A DNA stretch of 64,000 bases from Eledone cirrhosa (GCA_964016885.1 OZ024746.1:75578001-75642000); one strand, 5' to 3'. Shown: positions 1-12,795, numbered from the stretch's first letter. Numbers and translations: made by a program. The notes: generated by a model not told the origin, from the letters alone.

Positions 1-362
1 CTATATATAGAAGCCATGCCTGTGTATTCCTTCATTCTCGCATGCTCTGGTGAATTGACTGGTTATAACAAAGTATTGGAGATCGATTGACGCAAAAACA
101 GGCGCGTATCGATCTCTAGACCTACCAGTTCAGAGAAACAATTGTCAGCAATGTGAATAAAGCCCTTATTGTATAGAAAACCATGTCACACTTCTTTCTT
201 GATTTTTTATTATTACTCCAAGTGTAAACTACATAGAAATCACCGCGGACTCGCTGCATCACTATGGAAACGTCTTGTTGAGTCAAACTTAGTCAAGTGT
301 TAATACTATCCACTACTCAGAGTACCCTAACTCGACTACATCTAAGTGGACTACCTATAACA
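1..362 (+). mobile_element. Probable 3' portion of an LTR (solo LTR or LTR end)
   Basis: TATA-like start, AATAAA at about 156, and unique sequence ending ...CCTATAACA at 362. There is no partner LTR in the window. Confidence 0.35.
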
Positions 363-408
363 ATAATTTGTTATCCCGTATATATATATATATATATATA
401 TATTTATT

Positions 409-472
<64 letters not shown>

Positions 473-473
<1 letters not shown>

Positions 474-563
474 CTGTTTCTACGTTAGGCACAAGGCCAG
501 CAATTACCCAGTGTATTACTGGTACTTTATTTTATCGATCCCGTAAGGATGAAAGGCAAAGTT
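473..563 (-). mobile_element. SINE family A, 3' fragment
   Basis: Reverse complement of CCTTTCATCCTTACGGG.TCGATAAAATAAAGTACCAG...GGCCTTGTGCCTAACGTAGAAACA, which is shared with more than 10 copies in the window. Confidence 0.8.
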
Positions 564-575
564 ATATATATATAT

Positions 576-1355
576 AACGGCGATGAATTAGTTTTGCGAG
601 GTTTTTGATATGAAATTGTAAAACTAGAAACGTAGTCTATAGCATAAGATGTACAGAGGGAACTTGCAGAAACATGACTACAACATACATAGGCGAGACA
701 GCTCGTAGCATAGGTGAAAGGATAGACCAACACTGGGGGAACTAAAAGGACGAAAAAATGGTTCAGTACTATACGAACATGCCAGACAACAACACGACGG
801 TAACATAGACAACATAGAAATTAGAATAATATCTAAACATAGAAATGACCCAGCAGATAGGCAAATCAGAGAGGCCAGTGAAATAGAAATTAGAAGGTCA
901 AGGCTAAACAGAAAAAAATTAATGGAATAACAACAACACCCAAACAAACAACACTGACCTAAGAGAAGTATAAATAAATAAATAAATAGATAAATAAATA
1001 AATAAATACATACACAAGCACAATAACAACAAACACATATAAACACACACTAGTAAAGATAGAATACATTAACCAATACACAGCCACCCAATCACGAACA
1101 CACATCAAACGCATGCGCAAAGAAGACAAAATAAAATAAACAAATAAATAAATATATAAACAGACTAAATAAAGATGGCGTAGAAAATACAATGCAACGG
1201 GAGGAAACAATAGCACCACTGACGATGTTGCAGATGTGCAACGAAAGAACTTTGATAAACTATATATATATGTGTTTGTGTCTATATTGTATCTGTATTT
1301 TTGACCGTTGGTCAGTCAATGGCAACATTGAGGACCGAATAAATTAGATTACCGA
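576..1355 (+). mobile_element. Penelope-like element, 5'-truncated: GIY-YIG C-terminus plus 3' UTR, preceded by an inverted copy of its own terminus (576-617)
   Basis: From about 617 it translates CKTRNVVYSIRCTEGTCRNMTTTYIGETARSIGERIDQHWGN*, a GIY-YIG motif. It is near-identical to the reverse complement of about 31385-32142, and 576-617 matches 31229-31270. Confidence 0.85.
1219..1252 (+). ncRNA. Hammerhead ribozyme core (Penelope family 1)
   Basis: CUGACGA-U-GUUGCA(GAUG)UGCAAC-GAAA. Stems I and III are weak or unclear. Other copies lie on the minus strand at 3002-3029, 16609-16636 and 31502-31529. Confidence 0.6.
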
Positions 1356-1497
1356 TCACTCTCTTTTTAAATGTTACAGAGTTTTCCTCTCCCACATCCC
1401 TCTATCTAGTGCCACTAAGACGGCTTCACTCTTCAAGAGCGTGAAACTAATAAACCTTTTTTCGTACTGCCTCTCTGTTTTGTTCCCGTTCCATTTT

Positions 1498-1529
<32 letters not shown>

Positions 1530-1536
<7 letters not shown>

Positions 1537-1747
1537 ATACTTGGGGAGGGTCATATTTGTGTAATATTGCCGGAATTAATAACAGAACACACTCACTGTT
1601 TGGTTGGTTTTCGCTTTTCGCTTCTGTGTCTTTTATATCGGTAATCTAATATAATCTAATATATTCGGTCCTCAATGTTGCCATTGAATGACCGACGGTC
1701 AAAAATAATACAGATACAATATAGACACAAACACATATATATAGTTT

Positions 1748-1750
<3 letters not shown>
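1530..1750 (-). mobile_element. Penelope family 1 terminal (pLTR) fragment between (TA)n tracts
   Basis: Matches about 31287-31493 and 16389-16599. Confidence 0.8.
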
Positions 1751-1818
<68 letters not shown>

Positions 1819-1909
1819 CGAAGGAAATGTGGTAAGGAACCAAGTGAACCATAACGTACCAAAGTACTCAATACTTAGGGTAGTAGAGTGGGTAATAGGA
1901 ACCAGTAAG

Positions 1910-2003
1910 ACCCCGACAGCTGAGCTCAAGCCGTTTCGACGGCTAATTCTGGACTAAATGAAAATTTATCCTGGTATTTAAATAGCCGAGCTTCTCAAGG
2001 GGT
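1910..2003 (-). ncRNA. Type I hammerhead ribozyme, U3-A8 core variant
   Basis: ACCCC-UUGAGAA-stem II (CGGCUA.../UAGCCG)-GAAA-CGGC(loop)GCUG-UC|GGGGU. Stem I is a perfect 5 bp. Confidence 0.75.
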
Positions 2004-2252
2004 AATTCCATATATGGTCAAAGTGATTGTCAAGAGTCAGTAGTAATTCTGTGATTGCAAATTAGTAGGGGAGATGGTGGCTAAACCTGCCAGTAGGAGA
2101 AAAAGGGGAGAGGTTGGAGTAGACCCAATCATGCGTTGGTAGTGCCAGCTACAACTGGGCATGAGGTCAAAGAAGATACTGGGGAGGGGGAGGTATGTAT
2201 CATAAGAGTGGAGAAGAGAGAAACAAATATGATACAATATACTAGACATCAT

Positions 2253-2360
2253 TTCCCGCCGAGGTTAACTTTGCCTTTCATCCTTACGGGGTCGATAAAA
2301 TAAAGTACCAGTAATACACTGGGTAATTGCTGGCCTTGTGCCTAACGTAGAAACAATTAT
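2253..2360 (+). mobile_element. SINE family A, 3' half
   Basis: CCCGCCGAGGTTAACTTTGCCTTTCATCCTTACGGGGTCGAT...AGAAACAATTAT. Confidence 0.8.
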
Positions 2361-2546
2361 AAACAATTTTTTCTTCTCTAAAGATTCTATGTAACATCAC
2401 TCATAGCAATGTATATGCGTGCGCACACACTCATATGTGTGTGAACTGTTATTTTGATATTTAATAGATGAAACACCATGTAAGATGTAAAGTTTGTTTT
2501 TAAATGTATTGCCTTCTCCTCCTCCATTTATTCTGCTTATATATAT

Positions 2547-2763
2547 ATAATTACAACAGTGACATAAACAGGTACTCAAGTTTCGTTGGGCTCTGGACCC
2601 TAACTCATTCAGCCTGTCATGAGAAAAATAAAAACAGAGATAGCCCTTTGTTTTTATTTTTATTTTTGTTTTTATTTTTCATTTTTCGCGTGACAGGCTG
2701 AATGAGTTAGGGTCCAGAGCCCAACGAAGCTTGAGTACCTGCTTATGTCACTGTTGTAATTAT
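2547..2763. repeat. Inverted repeat (about 73-bp arms), each arm carrying a hammerhead
   Basis: Arm 2547-2619 is the reverse complement of 2691-2763 with 2 mismatches. Confidence 0.9.
2568..2617 (-). ncRNA. Type I hammerhead ribozyme (CUGAAUGA insertion variant)
   Basis: ACAGG-CUGAAUGA-GUUAGGG(loop)CCCAAC-GAAA-CUUGAG-UA|CCUGU. The plus-strand twin at 2693-2740 has GAAG instead of GAAA. Confidence 0.7.
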
Positions 2764-2769
2764 TTATAC

Positions 2770-3290
2770 TAAACTCGTCCTATAGACTGACTGCTCTTAC
2801 TCTTGGATATTTCCATGTGTGAACTGGTTGGTATGTTCTGAAGTCAGTAGGAAGTGTCATATTGTGTGCTCTCATATGAGATAGAAGTCCAGCTTCTGAC
2901 AGGGAATTTGTCATAACCGTACAAGCAGAAAAAGTCCCATTAATTTCATAAGTGATTACTGGTTGTGTTTTCCTTATATTCCTCTTAATATTACATAAAT
3001 CTTTCGTTGCACATCTGCAACATCGTCAGTGGTGTTATATTTTTTTCCTCCTGTTAAAAAAAAAATGGCGTAGACATACAACACAACAGGAGGAAAAAAA
3101 AATATAACACCACCTCTTAATATTTACTTGCATTAATCTATTTTGCTCAAATGTTTTCACACCGTCCCATACCTTTGAGCGCCAGGTAAAGCGATCCACT
3201 TCCAGTCCAGTCTTTCCATGAGTTTTGAATTGGATTGGTTCCTACATTTTTTAAGTTCTCCCGCAATGCATCCTTGAACCTCTACTTTGT
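2770..3290 (-). mobile_element. Degenerate RTE (BovB-like) LINE 3' end, interrupted at 2993-3112
   Basis: Minus-strand remnants KDALRENLKNVG, DRFTWRSKVWDGVKTFEQNR and the C2H2-like AGLLSHMRAH. Confidence 0.6.
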
Positions 3291-3440
3291 TTTACAATAG
3301 ATTAGAAGCACTCCACAGTTATGGTTTTCCGGAGTTATTACTATTAATTCAAAATATTAACAAAAAATATTAACAAAAATATTAACTCCCATGACTAAAT
3401 TTTAACCATCTACTTAGTCAGGGTATGTCATGCATCATCT

Positions 3441-3507
3441 TATTTTATCTGATGAGGACGTACTGTTGAAGATAGCTCTTTACCTCTGAAATATGTATAA
3501 TAAAATA
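3441..3507 (+). ncRNA. Type I hammerhead ribozyme
   Basis: UAUUUUAU-CUGAUGA-degenerate stem II-GAAA-UAUGUA-UA|AUAAAAUA. Stem I is a perfect 8 bp. It lies inside the inverted repeat 3342-3366/3530-3554. Confidence 0.7.
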
Positions 3508-3600
3508 TACTTGATCACACGAATGTCTATTTTTGTTAATATTTTGAATTAATATGTATATATATATATATATATATTAAGTATATATATAAATATACAT

Positions 3601-3671
<71 letters not shown>

Positions 3672-3753
3672 CGCAAATATATATTATGTACGTATGCGCA
3701 TGTATATACATATATATATAGTAATAATAATAAAATATAATAATAATAATAAA

Positions 3754-3809
<56 letters not shown>

Positions 3810-3850
3810 GTGTATATATATATATACACATATGTGTGTGTGTATATGAA

Positions 3851-3896
<46 letters not shown>

Positions 3897-3908
3897 CATA
3901 CACATATA

Positions 3909-3984
<76 letters not shown>

Positions 3985-4136
3985 TAGTATACACAAGTAT
4001 ATTAAGAAATACGCTCAAGGACGTTCCACTAAATACCCCATCCATCACACCATCACACCATCACACCCATTTTCCACCCACCCTTGATTGTTGCATGTTA
4101 AGAATAACACCCACTCAAGCAAAGGCTTCCCATACT

Positions 4137-4170
<34 letters not shown>

Positions 4171-4240
4171 CACACACACATATACTAACATGCAGATACA
4201 ATCACAAGCGCGCACAGACAAAAACACAAATACATCCACA

Positions 4241-4328
<88 letters not shown>

Positions 4329-4646
4329 CATACACGTAATTACACATACACACAGTTACACACAGACACTCCCATATACATATATACACACATAGATGGT
4401 ATTCATTTCTGTGACAAGTAGGTTTAGTCAAAAGCGGTGAAAAAACGCAATAAAAATGATAAGATTTACACACACACACACACATACACGCACACACACT
4501 CTCTCTCTCTCTCACACACACAATACACACACACACACACACACATACACATACACACACACACACTCTCTCTCACACACAATGAGTTTATGAATTTATA
4601 CAAAAGCATTTACATATAAGTATGTTACACCCCACTATATATATAT

Positions 4647-4690
<44 letters not shown>

Positions 4691-4978
4691 GTATGTATAT
4701 ATTTATTATATTTATTTATTCATAAGTTAACTTACATATGAAGTAGAATTACGTCTGTTAAACAAATGTATATACATACATATGTGTGTGCTTATAAATA
4801 TATACATATATATATATACATAAATATATATATAAATATACACACACACGTACATACATGCACACACTTAAAATGCCCAAGAAATGCCGTATGTCAATAC
4901 AGCGCCCTTACGACTGAGATATATGTGTGTGTATATATATATATATATATATGTATTGTTCTTTCTCCCCCCCCCCCT

Positions 4979-5011
<33 letters not shown>

Positions 5012-5024
5012 ATCTCATTCTTTC

Positions 5025-5059
<35 letters not shown>

Positions 5060-5123
5060 GAAAAGGAAGTTGAAAATGCAATTTGAGTCTTTCAGAATGT
5101 TTATTATTTACAATAATAATCTA

Positions 5124-5165
5124 TAACTTTACCGGTTTCACAAGTTTCATGATTTTCAAAAGTTA
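5124..5165 (-). ncRNA. Minimal hammerhead, U3-A8 variant
   Basis: UAACUU-UUGAAAA-weak stem II-GAAA-CCGG-UA|AAGUUA, with palindromic stem III (ACCGGU). Related copies are at 17803-17844 and about 16228-16265 (degenerate). Confidence 0.55.
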
Positions 5166-5483
5166 AGAGAAATGGAGAAATGTGCGGCTATGTCGACTTG
5201 TAATTTCCATCTCATCGACGTTGGCAATTTCTTTCAGTTTTATACAAAAATGTGGCTCAGATTGCTATGCATTTATGTAGATATTTATACATGTATATAC
5301 ACATACGTATGGGAAAGTAAAAAATAAAAACAATAACGCGGAGTGCAGTTATGTACAGTGTTGGTATTAGGTTCACGCTTGAGAGTGGGGGCTGGGGGAC
5401 ATACGTATGTATATTTCTTTAACAGAAGTAATTCTACTTCTACTTCGAATGTAAGTTAACTTATGAATGAATATATATATATA

Positions 5484-6433
5484 CTAGCAGTGGTATCCGG
5501 CCTTGCACGGGATAAGGTATTTTGGAACGCGGGCCGCCAACAGACCTAATCGTGGAAAAACTGCATGCCTGAACAATATGTAAAGAAAATAAACCGAATA
5601 CTCTGATGGCTGGATAATCTTTAAGATTTTCCTCGATGAAGCAGGAAAAATGCAGGTTTTCACGTAATGCGGGCCCTAGGGGATCAAGAAAATGAATTTT
5701 TTTTTATGTACATAATATGCCTTTAAATTTCGGGATAATCGGCTAGACGTAACGCCTCAAAGAAGCCCTAAAAAGCTGAAAAAAGGAGGTTTTTCACCTA
5801 ATGCGGGCCCTAGGCCATAAGAAAGTTGGATTTTCTTTGCTCTCTGTATGAAGAAGAGACTGACTAATACATAGTTACAATTTCAAGAAAATCGGTCTGA
5901 CGTAACGCCTCAAAAAACCCCTAAAAATCTTTTAAAAACGCAGTTTTTGACCTAATGCGGGCCCTAGGAGATAAATAAAAAAGTTGAATTTTATGTGCAT
6001 AACACTCCCTGAAACATAAGTAATACACATGTAAAGTTTGAAAAAAATCGGTTGGGTACTTCTCGAGTTTTAGGGATTCAAACTCACAAACTCACAGACA
6101 CACACTCACACACTCACACAGACATCCTCAGGGAAGTGACGTAATGCAGACAGCCAGACATACAGACAGATATTATAAGGGCGCGACGTTATATGTATGT
6201 ATTTATCTAAAAAGAGAAAGACTAAGAATTATAGAGCGAGATCGCTAAATCGCCTAATGCGATCCCTAGGGCATTGAAAATTTGAAATATTCTTTGCTCA
6301 AAACACTCACAGGACTATAAGAATTACATGTGTAAAGTTTGAAAACAGTAGGTTGGGTGGTTCTCGAGTTTTAGGGATTCGAACTCACACACAGACATCC
6401 TCAGTTTTATATATATATATATATATAAATAGA
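5484..6433 (-). mobile_element. Non-autonomous Helitron
   Basis: Minus-strand 5' TCTAT... start. The 3' end has hairpin CCCGTGCAAGGCCGGA followed by CTAG|T. Internal repeats of about 140 bp carry TAATGCGGGCCCTAGG. Confidence 0.75.
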
Positions 6434-6895
6434 CTATGTCAACATGCAATGGTCTTTGACTCGACAAGTCAAAGGTTTATCCTAGTGTTTCCGTGTTGAT
6501 TAACCTTGGGTACAATGAAGGTAATTCCAGGAGTGTTTATCTATATATCTAAAACACTAAATCAGAGAATGCCTGTCTGCCTGTCTGACTCCCTAAAACT
6601 CGAGAACCACCCAACCGATTTTTTTTCAAACTTTACACGTGTAATACTTATGGTCGTGTGAGTGTTTTGAGAAAAAGATATTTCAAATTTTCAATGCATT
6701 AGGCGATTTTGCGATCTCTCTGTCTTTCTTAGTCTGTCTTTTTAGATAGATACATAGTTATAACGCCGCGCCCTTATAATATCTGTCTGTATGTCTGGCT
6801 GTCTGCATTGCGACATTATGACGCGATCAGCGTGTGTGTGTGTATATGTATATATATAGTGTGTAACGTTTTTCAAAATATTTACTTCTGCGTTC

Positions 6896-6971
6896 ACAGA
6901 TTGATTTTTTTAGTTTCAGAAGATCCCGTTAAGGGTGAAAGCAGCGATTCTTTGCTTAAACTTTAATCTGT
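6896..6971 (+). ncRNA. Type I hammerhead-like fold with CAGAAGA core
   Basis: ACAGAUU...AGUUU-CAGAAGA-U-CCC(GUUAA)GGG-U-GAAA-GCA(loop)UGC-UU|AAACU..AAUCUGU. The core is identical at 17349-17394. Confidence 0.6.
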
Positions 6972-6985
6972 TATTTATATATATA

Positions 6986-7210
6986 TATTATTCAAAATAT
7001 TAATAAATGGATACATTCACATAATCAAAATATATGTTTTATTATATATATTTCGGAGGTACTGTGCTTTTTTTTTCAGCACGTCGTCATCAGTTAACAT
7101 ACATAAATTGAATGCATGACATACCTCAGCACAGTACCTCCGAAATATATATAATAAAACATATATTTTGATTATGTGGATGTATCCATTTATTAATATT
7201 TTGAATAATA
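6986..7210. repeat. Inverted repeat (about 83-bp arms) overlapping a minus-strand hammerhead (7033-7101)
   Basis: Arms 6986-7068 and 7128-7210. Minus strand reads CUGAUGA-CGACGUGCUG...GCACAGUACCUCC-GAAA-UAUAUA-UA; same family as 3441. Confidence 0.85.
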
Positions 7211-7343
7211 TTAATAACTCCAGAAAATGTCACTGTTGAGTGCTTTTAATCTATTGTAAAACTGTATTCATTGAATAATCAATGAACCTTGTTTAACATT
7301 TGGTTATATATATATATATGTGTATATATATATAACCAAATAT

Positions 7344-7453
<110 letters not shown>

Positions 7454-7516
7454 AAGTAATTCCGTCGGAAAGGTCCAGGAAAAAAGAGTGCTCTATGTAG
7501 GTTACAGAGTTTAATG

Positions 7517-7643
7517 GTTATGTAATAAACAACATAAGATAATTATTTCATTTTACCAGTGGTTTCTTGAAAGCAAATTTTGTTTGCTTTCAAGAAACCA
7601 CTGGTAAAATGAAATAATTATCTTATGTTGTTTATTACATAAC
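7517..7643. repeat. Perfect fold-back (about 61-bp arms, 5-nt loop) containing a hammerhead-like 3' half
   Basis: The arms are exact reverse complements and contain GAAA-CCA-C-UGG-UA. The right end abuts (TA)n. Confidence 0.85.
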
Positions 7644-7962
7644 TATATATATATATATAATTACATATTCGTGTACAGATATTTTTGCATACACAGTAAT
7701 AAAATATAAAGAAACGTATTTATTTCACGAGGCTCGACAGCAGCAAAAACAACAAAAAAAAAAGAAGGAACGCCATTACATGCTTTTGAAAAATCTTAAT
7801 GGAAAATGATTTGCCTATTCAGCCAAGGCGACTTCACTTTTTATTAGGATTTCTGCATCAATTGGTGAACATACGACGAAACTGTTTCAGAAAGGAGGGA
7901 TAAACATGCCAATCTATGTTTAGAATCCCGAGCAACGCCGGGCCATTCTGCTAGTATATATT

Positions 7963-8035
7963 ATAAGTAACATGAATATGATAACATCACAGTTAGAGGA
8001 TCCTCTAATTGTGATGTCATATTCATGTTACTTAT
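7963..8035. repeat. Short imperfect palindrome centred on GGATCC, between two Helitron 3' ends
   Basis: ATAAGTAACATGAATATGA...GAGGATCCTC...TCATATTCATGTTACTTAT. Confidence 0.8.
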
Positions 8036-8531
8036 TATATTATATTACATTATATATACTAGCAGAAAAACCACCCTTCGCGTGGTTTTCTGCTAGCATG
8101 TGTAGTGTGTATATTGATATTATACGCAAGTATATATACATGTAGATATGATACATCAAATAAAATCGTAATTGACAATATAAAGAGAAATTGAACGAAG
8201 ACGTTGTTACACTGTCTTATGTAATCAGTAACATAATCCCTGATACATTAAAAAAAGACGATATTATATATAAACTGCATTAGGAGAAAATTAGTGACAG
8301 AAAATTAGTATGTTTATTTAAGTGATCGCCACCGGAAGTGTTAACATCACACACTCTCCCTTTCTATATATATGGTAGTTGAAGTGGTGGTGGTGGTGGA
8401 AACGATATACCGGAAGTGCAACTTTGAAAAGAAGTCAATTTTAAATTATTTATTTCTACGAAATTATTTTTGTTTACGAAATTTAGTAGATAAATTATGT
8501 AATATTTATTCATTATTTATTCAAAGTAATA

Positions 8532-8723
8532 GGCGGGGGGGTTGGCAGTATCGGTAGAAGGTCGAACGCCATGCTTTACAGCATAGAGTTACGCCCCTTT
8601 ACGGTCTGAGTTCAAATCCCGCCGAGGTTAACTTTGCCTTTCATCCTTAAGGGGTCGATGAAATAAAGTACCAGTAATGTACTGGGATAATCACTGGCCT
8701 TGTGCCAATAAGTAGAAACAATT
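8532..8723 (+). mobile_element. Full-length tRNA-derived SINE family A
   Basis: A-box-like TGGCAGTATCGG, B-box GTTCAAATCCC, core CCTTTCATCCTT...GTCGAT...AAAGTACCAG and the shared tail. Confidence 0.85.
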
Positions 8724-8739
8724 ATTTATTCAAAGTAAT

Positions 8740-8926
8740 GGCAGTGGATTGGCAGTATCGTTAGAGGGTCGGACGCCATGCTTTCCAGCATAGTTACGTC
8801 CCTTTACAGTCTGAGTTCAAATCCCGCCGAGGTTTACTTTGCCTTTAATCCTTACGGAGTCGATAAAATAAAGTACCAGTAATGCACTGGGTTATTGCTG
8901 GCCTTGTGCCTAAAGTAGAAACAATT
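8740..8926 (+). mobile_element. Full-length SINE family A (second of the tandem pair)
   Basis: Same motifs as 8532-8723. Confidence 0.85.
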
Positions 8927-9034
8927 ATTTATACAAAGTAATCCAACTTATTTTATTAACGGGATAAAAAACAAAAAAAACCGTACGCAGTCCCTCTGAC
9001 CTTCCTTTATTATAGTTTAGATATATATAAATTG

Positions 9035-9090
<56 letters not shown>

Positions 9091-9392
9091 TAATTTCTAA
9101 CAGATGAAGCAATGTGAAAGTATTTTGTTCAAGAACACGAGACACCACTCGGCCCAGGAAGCGAAACTATTAGTTCACATACCTTCATATCCATGCATGT
9201 TTATGTGGGCGTGTGTGTCTCTCCACGTGTGCGTGTGTGTGTGAGTGAGTGTGTGTGTCTGTTTGAATAGTTCTGCAATCATTAAATAAAATCTTATTCT
9301 TATTCTTTCCTTTCTTCCTCTTCTTGTATCATTCCAGCCCCATCGTCCTCCCTTCACCCCACATTTTCTGGCTCACTCGCTGAGCCCACCAC

Positions 9393-9426
<34 letters not shown>

Positions 9427-9472
9427 CATATATGTATGTATATATATATATATATACATATATGTATATAAT

Positions 9473-9522
<50 letters not shown>

Positions 9523-9552
9523 ATTATATACATATATATATATACATATATG

Positions 9553-9584
<32 letters not shown>

Positions 9585-9586
9585 AT

Positions 9587-9656
<70 letters not shown>

Positions 9657-9716
9657 TGTATATATATATGTATATATATATATATATATGTATATACATA
9701 TATGTATATATATATG

Positions 9717-9786
<70 letters not shown>

Positions 9787-9878
9787 CATATATGTATATA
9801 TATATATATGTATATAATCTTATATGTATATATATATTTATATATATACATATATGTATATATATATATGTATATAAT

Positions 9879-10020
<142 letters not shown>

Positions 10021-10096
10021 CATATATGTATATATATATATAAATGGAATAGAATGAAACGAAATTTCAATTCTCACTCTTAGTACGGCACTTACT

Positions 10097-10686
<590 letters not shown>

Positions 10687-11375
10687 CGATGAGTGTGGGG
10701 CTGAGAATGAATGAGACTAAAACAAAATATCTGGTAGAGAATGTTGAGAAGCCAGAGGGGATCACTAATGTAGGCGGGAAGCCGCTGGAATTGGTTGAGG
10801 ACTTCCTGTATTTGGGAGCAAAGATTGGGAATACGGAAGATGATGTGGTTGAGAGGAAGAGCAAGGCCTGGGCGGCGTGTCACAGCTTGAGATCGGTGTG
10901 GAAGTCGGACCTTCGTAGAGACCTGAAAATCCGCCTCTTCATTGCTGTAGTGGAGTCTGTGCTGCTGTATGGGTCTGAGACTTGGACACTGACCAAGAGA
11001 CTCACTCAGATGGTGGATGGGTGCTACACGAGAATGCTGAGGATGGCTCTGAACATTAATCAGTATACACTGAGGATGAAAAACTCAGAGCTGTATGGGA
11101 GCATCCCAAAAGTCAGCTCAAAAGTGACACAGAGGAGACTGAGGTTGGCTGGACATGCTCACCGACATCCAGAGTTGACATTGCACTCAGTGCTCCTTTG
11201 GGAGCCCCTACATGGACACACTAGAAGAGGAAGACCAAGGTTAACATATGTTGATGCCCTAAGGACAGACACTGGTCTGTTGGAGATGCAGGATATGGCA
11301 GCGATAATGAGGGACAGAGGCCGCTGGAGAGAACTCGTCCATGGATCTCGGGAATTTTACCCGCCTTAGATAGAT
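10687..11375 (+). mobile_element. 5'-truncated RTE-clade LINE; RT C-terminal ORF intact to the stop at 11369
   Basis: [50 protein letters not shown] and DRGRWR, followed by a TAGA tail. Confidence 0.92.
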
Positions 11376-11495
11376 ATATATATATATAGGAAAAAGTATG
11401 ACATACTTTTTCCTATTACCCACTCTACTACCCTAAGTATTGAGTACTCTGGTGCGTTATGTTCCATCTGGTTCCTTACCACAATTCCTTCGTTA

Positions 11496-11589
<94 letters not shown>

Positions 11590-11680
11590 ATAAATATTTG
11601 CTCTACGGTTCTAATATATTTGATATATATTTATCCTTATCGAACCCTCTTTGGATTTTAGTCTTCAAATTTATTATTAT

Positions 11681-11750
<70 letters not shown>

Positions 11751-12002
11751 GTGTGTATGTGTGTGCGCGCGTGTGTGTGTGTAGCGAGAGGGACAGAGAG
11801 AAAGGACAGAGAGGGATGGAGGGGGAACTGATTAGGAAGCGAACCCTTTCCTTAATCCAAGCAAATGTTATGTTTATCCTGAAATATGATAGTGTTAATG
11901 GAAATTTCAAACTAACATAACATCATATACGCATACATGTATATGTATAAATGCACATACATACAGATAGATAGACAGACAGAGACATAAACACATACAC
12001 AC

Positions 12003-12102
<100 letters not shown>

Positions 12103-12252
12103 TTACACAAATAAGTTTAATATATGCGTGTGTCTATGTTTGTGTGTATGTGCGTGTAAATAGACACATATACACAATTGTGAACAAATATATATATATT
12201 TACACATGTATATACATTGAAGTGATGAAGCTTTGTATTGAGCAGACAACCG

Positions 12253-12422
<170 letters not shown>

Positions 12423-12795
12423 GTGCCAAGTAGCCGAAGAATGCAATGAATTTATATTATATATATATATATATATATACAGTACAGAGGTAATGGAGAC
12501 TGTGTGAATGTGTATATATATTTACACGTTCAGTATTTAGACATGTAAACATGCCAAATTCACGTATTTCCCCTCTGTAAATTTTTAAAATACGAAATAT
12601 CTTGAATCGAATTTCGAATCTTCTTGGGCTTTCCATTAAAAGATATGTAAAACATGTAAAACATGTAAAATATGTAAAGTATGTATATCATGTCAACAAC
12701 CTCAAAGAAATGCGTAACTGAAACGCTGCGCTTATATACCTATCGTTCATAGTAGTATATTTGAAATCGACTTACTAAAATTTGCATATTTTTAG

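Larger units (their letters stand above)
8059..9021 (-). mobile_element. Non-autonomous Helitron containing a tandem SINE pair
   Basis: Minus-strand A|TCTAAACTATAATAAAG 5' end. The 3' end has hairpin AAAACCACGCGAAGGGTGGTTTT followed by CTAG|T. Confidence 0.7.
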
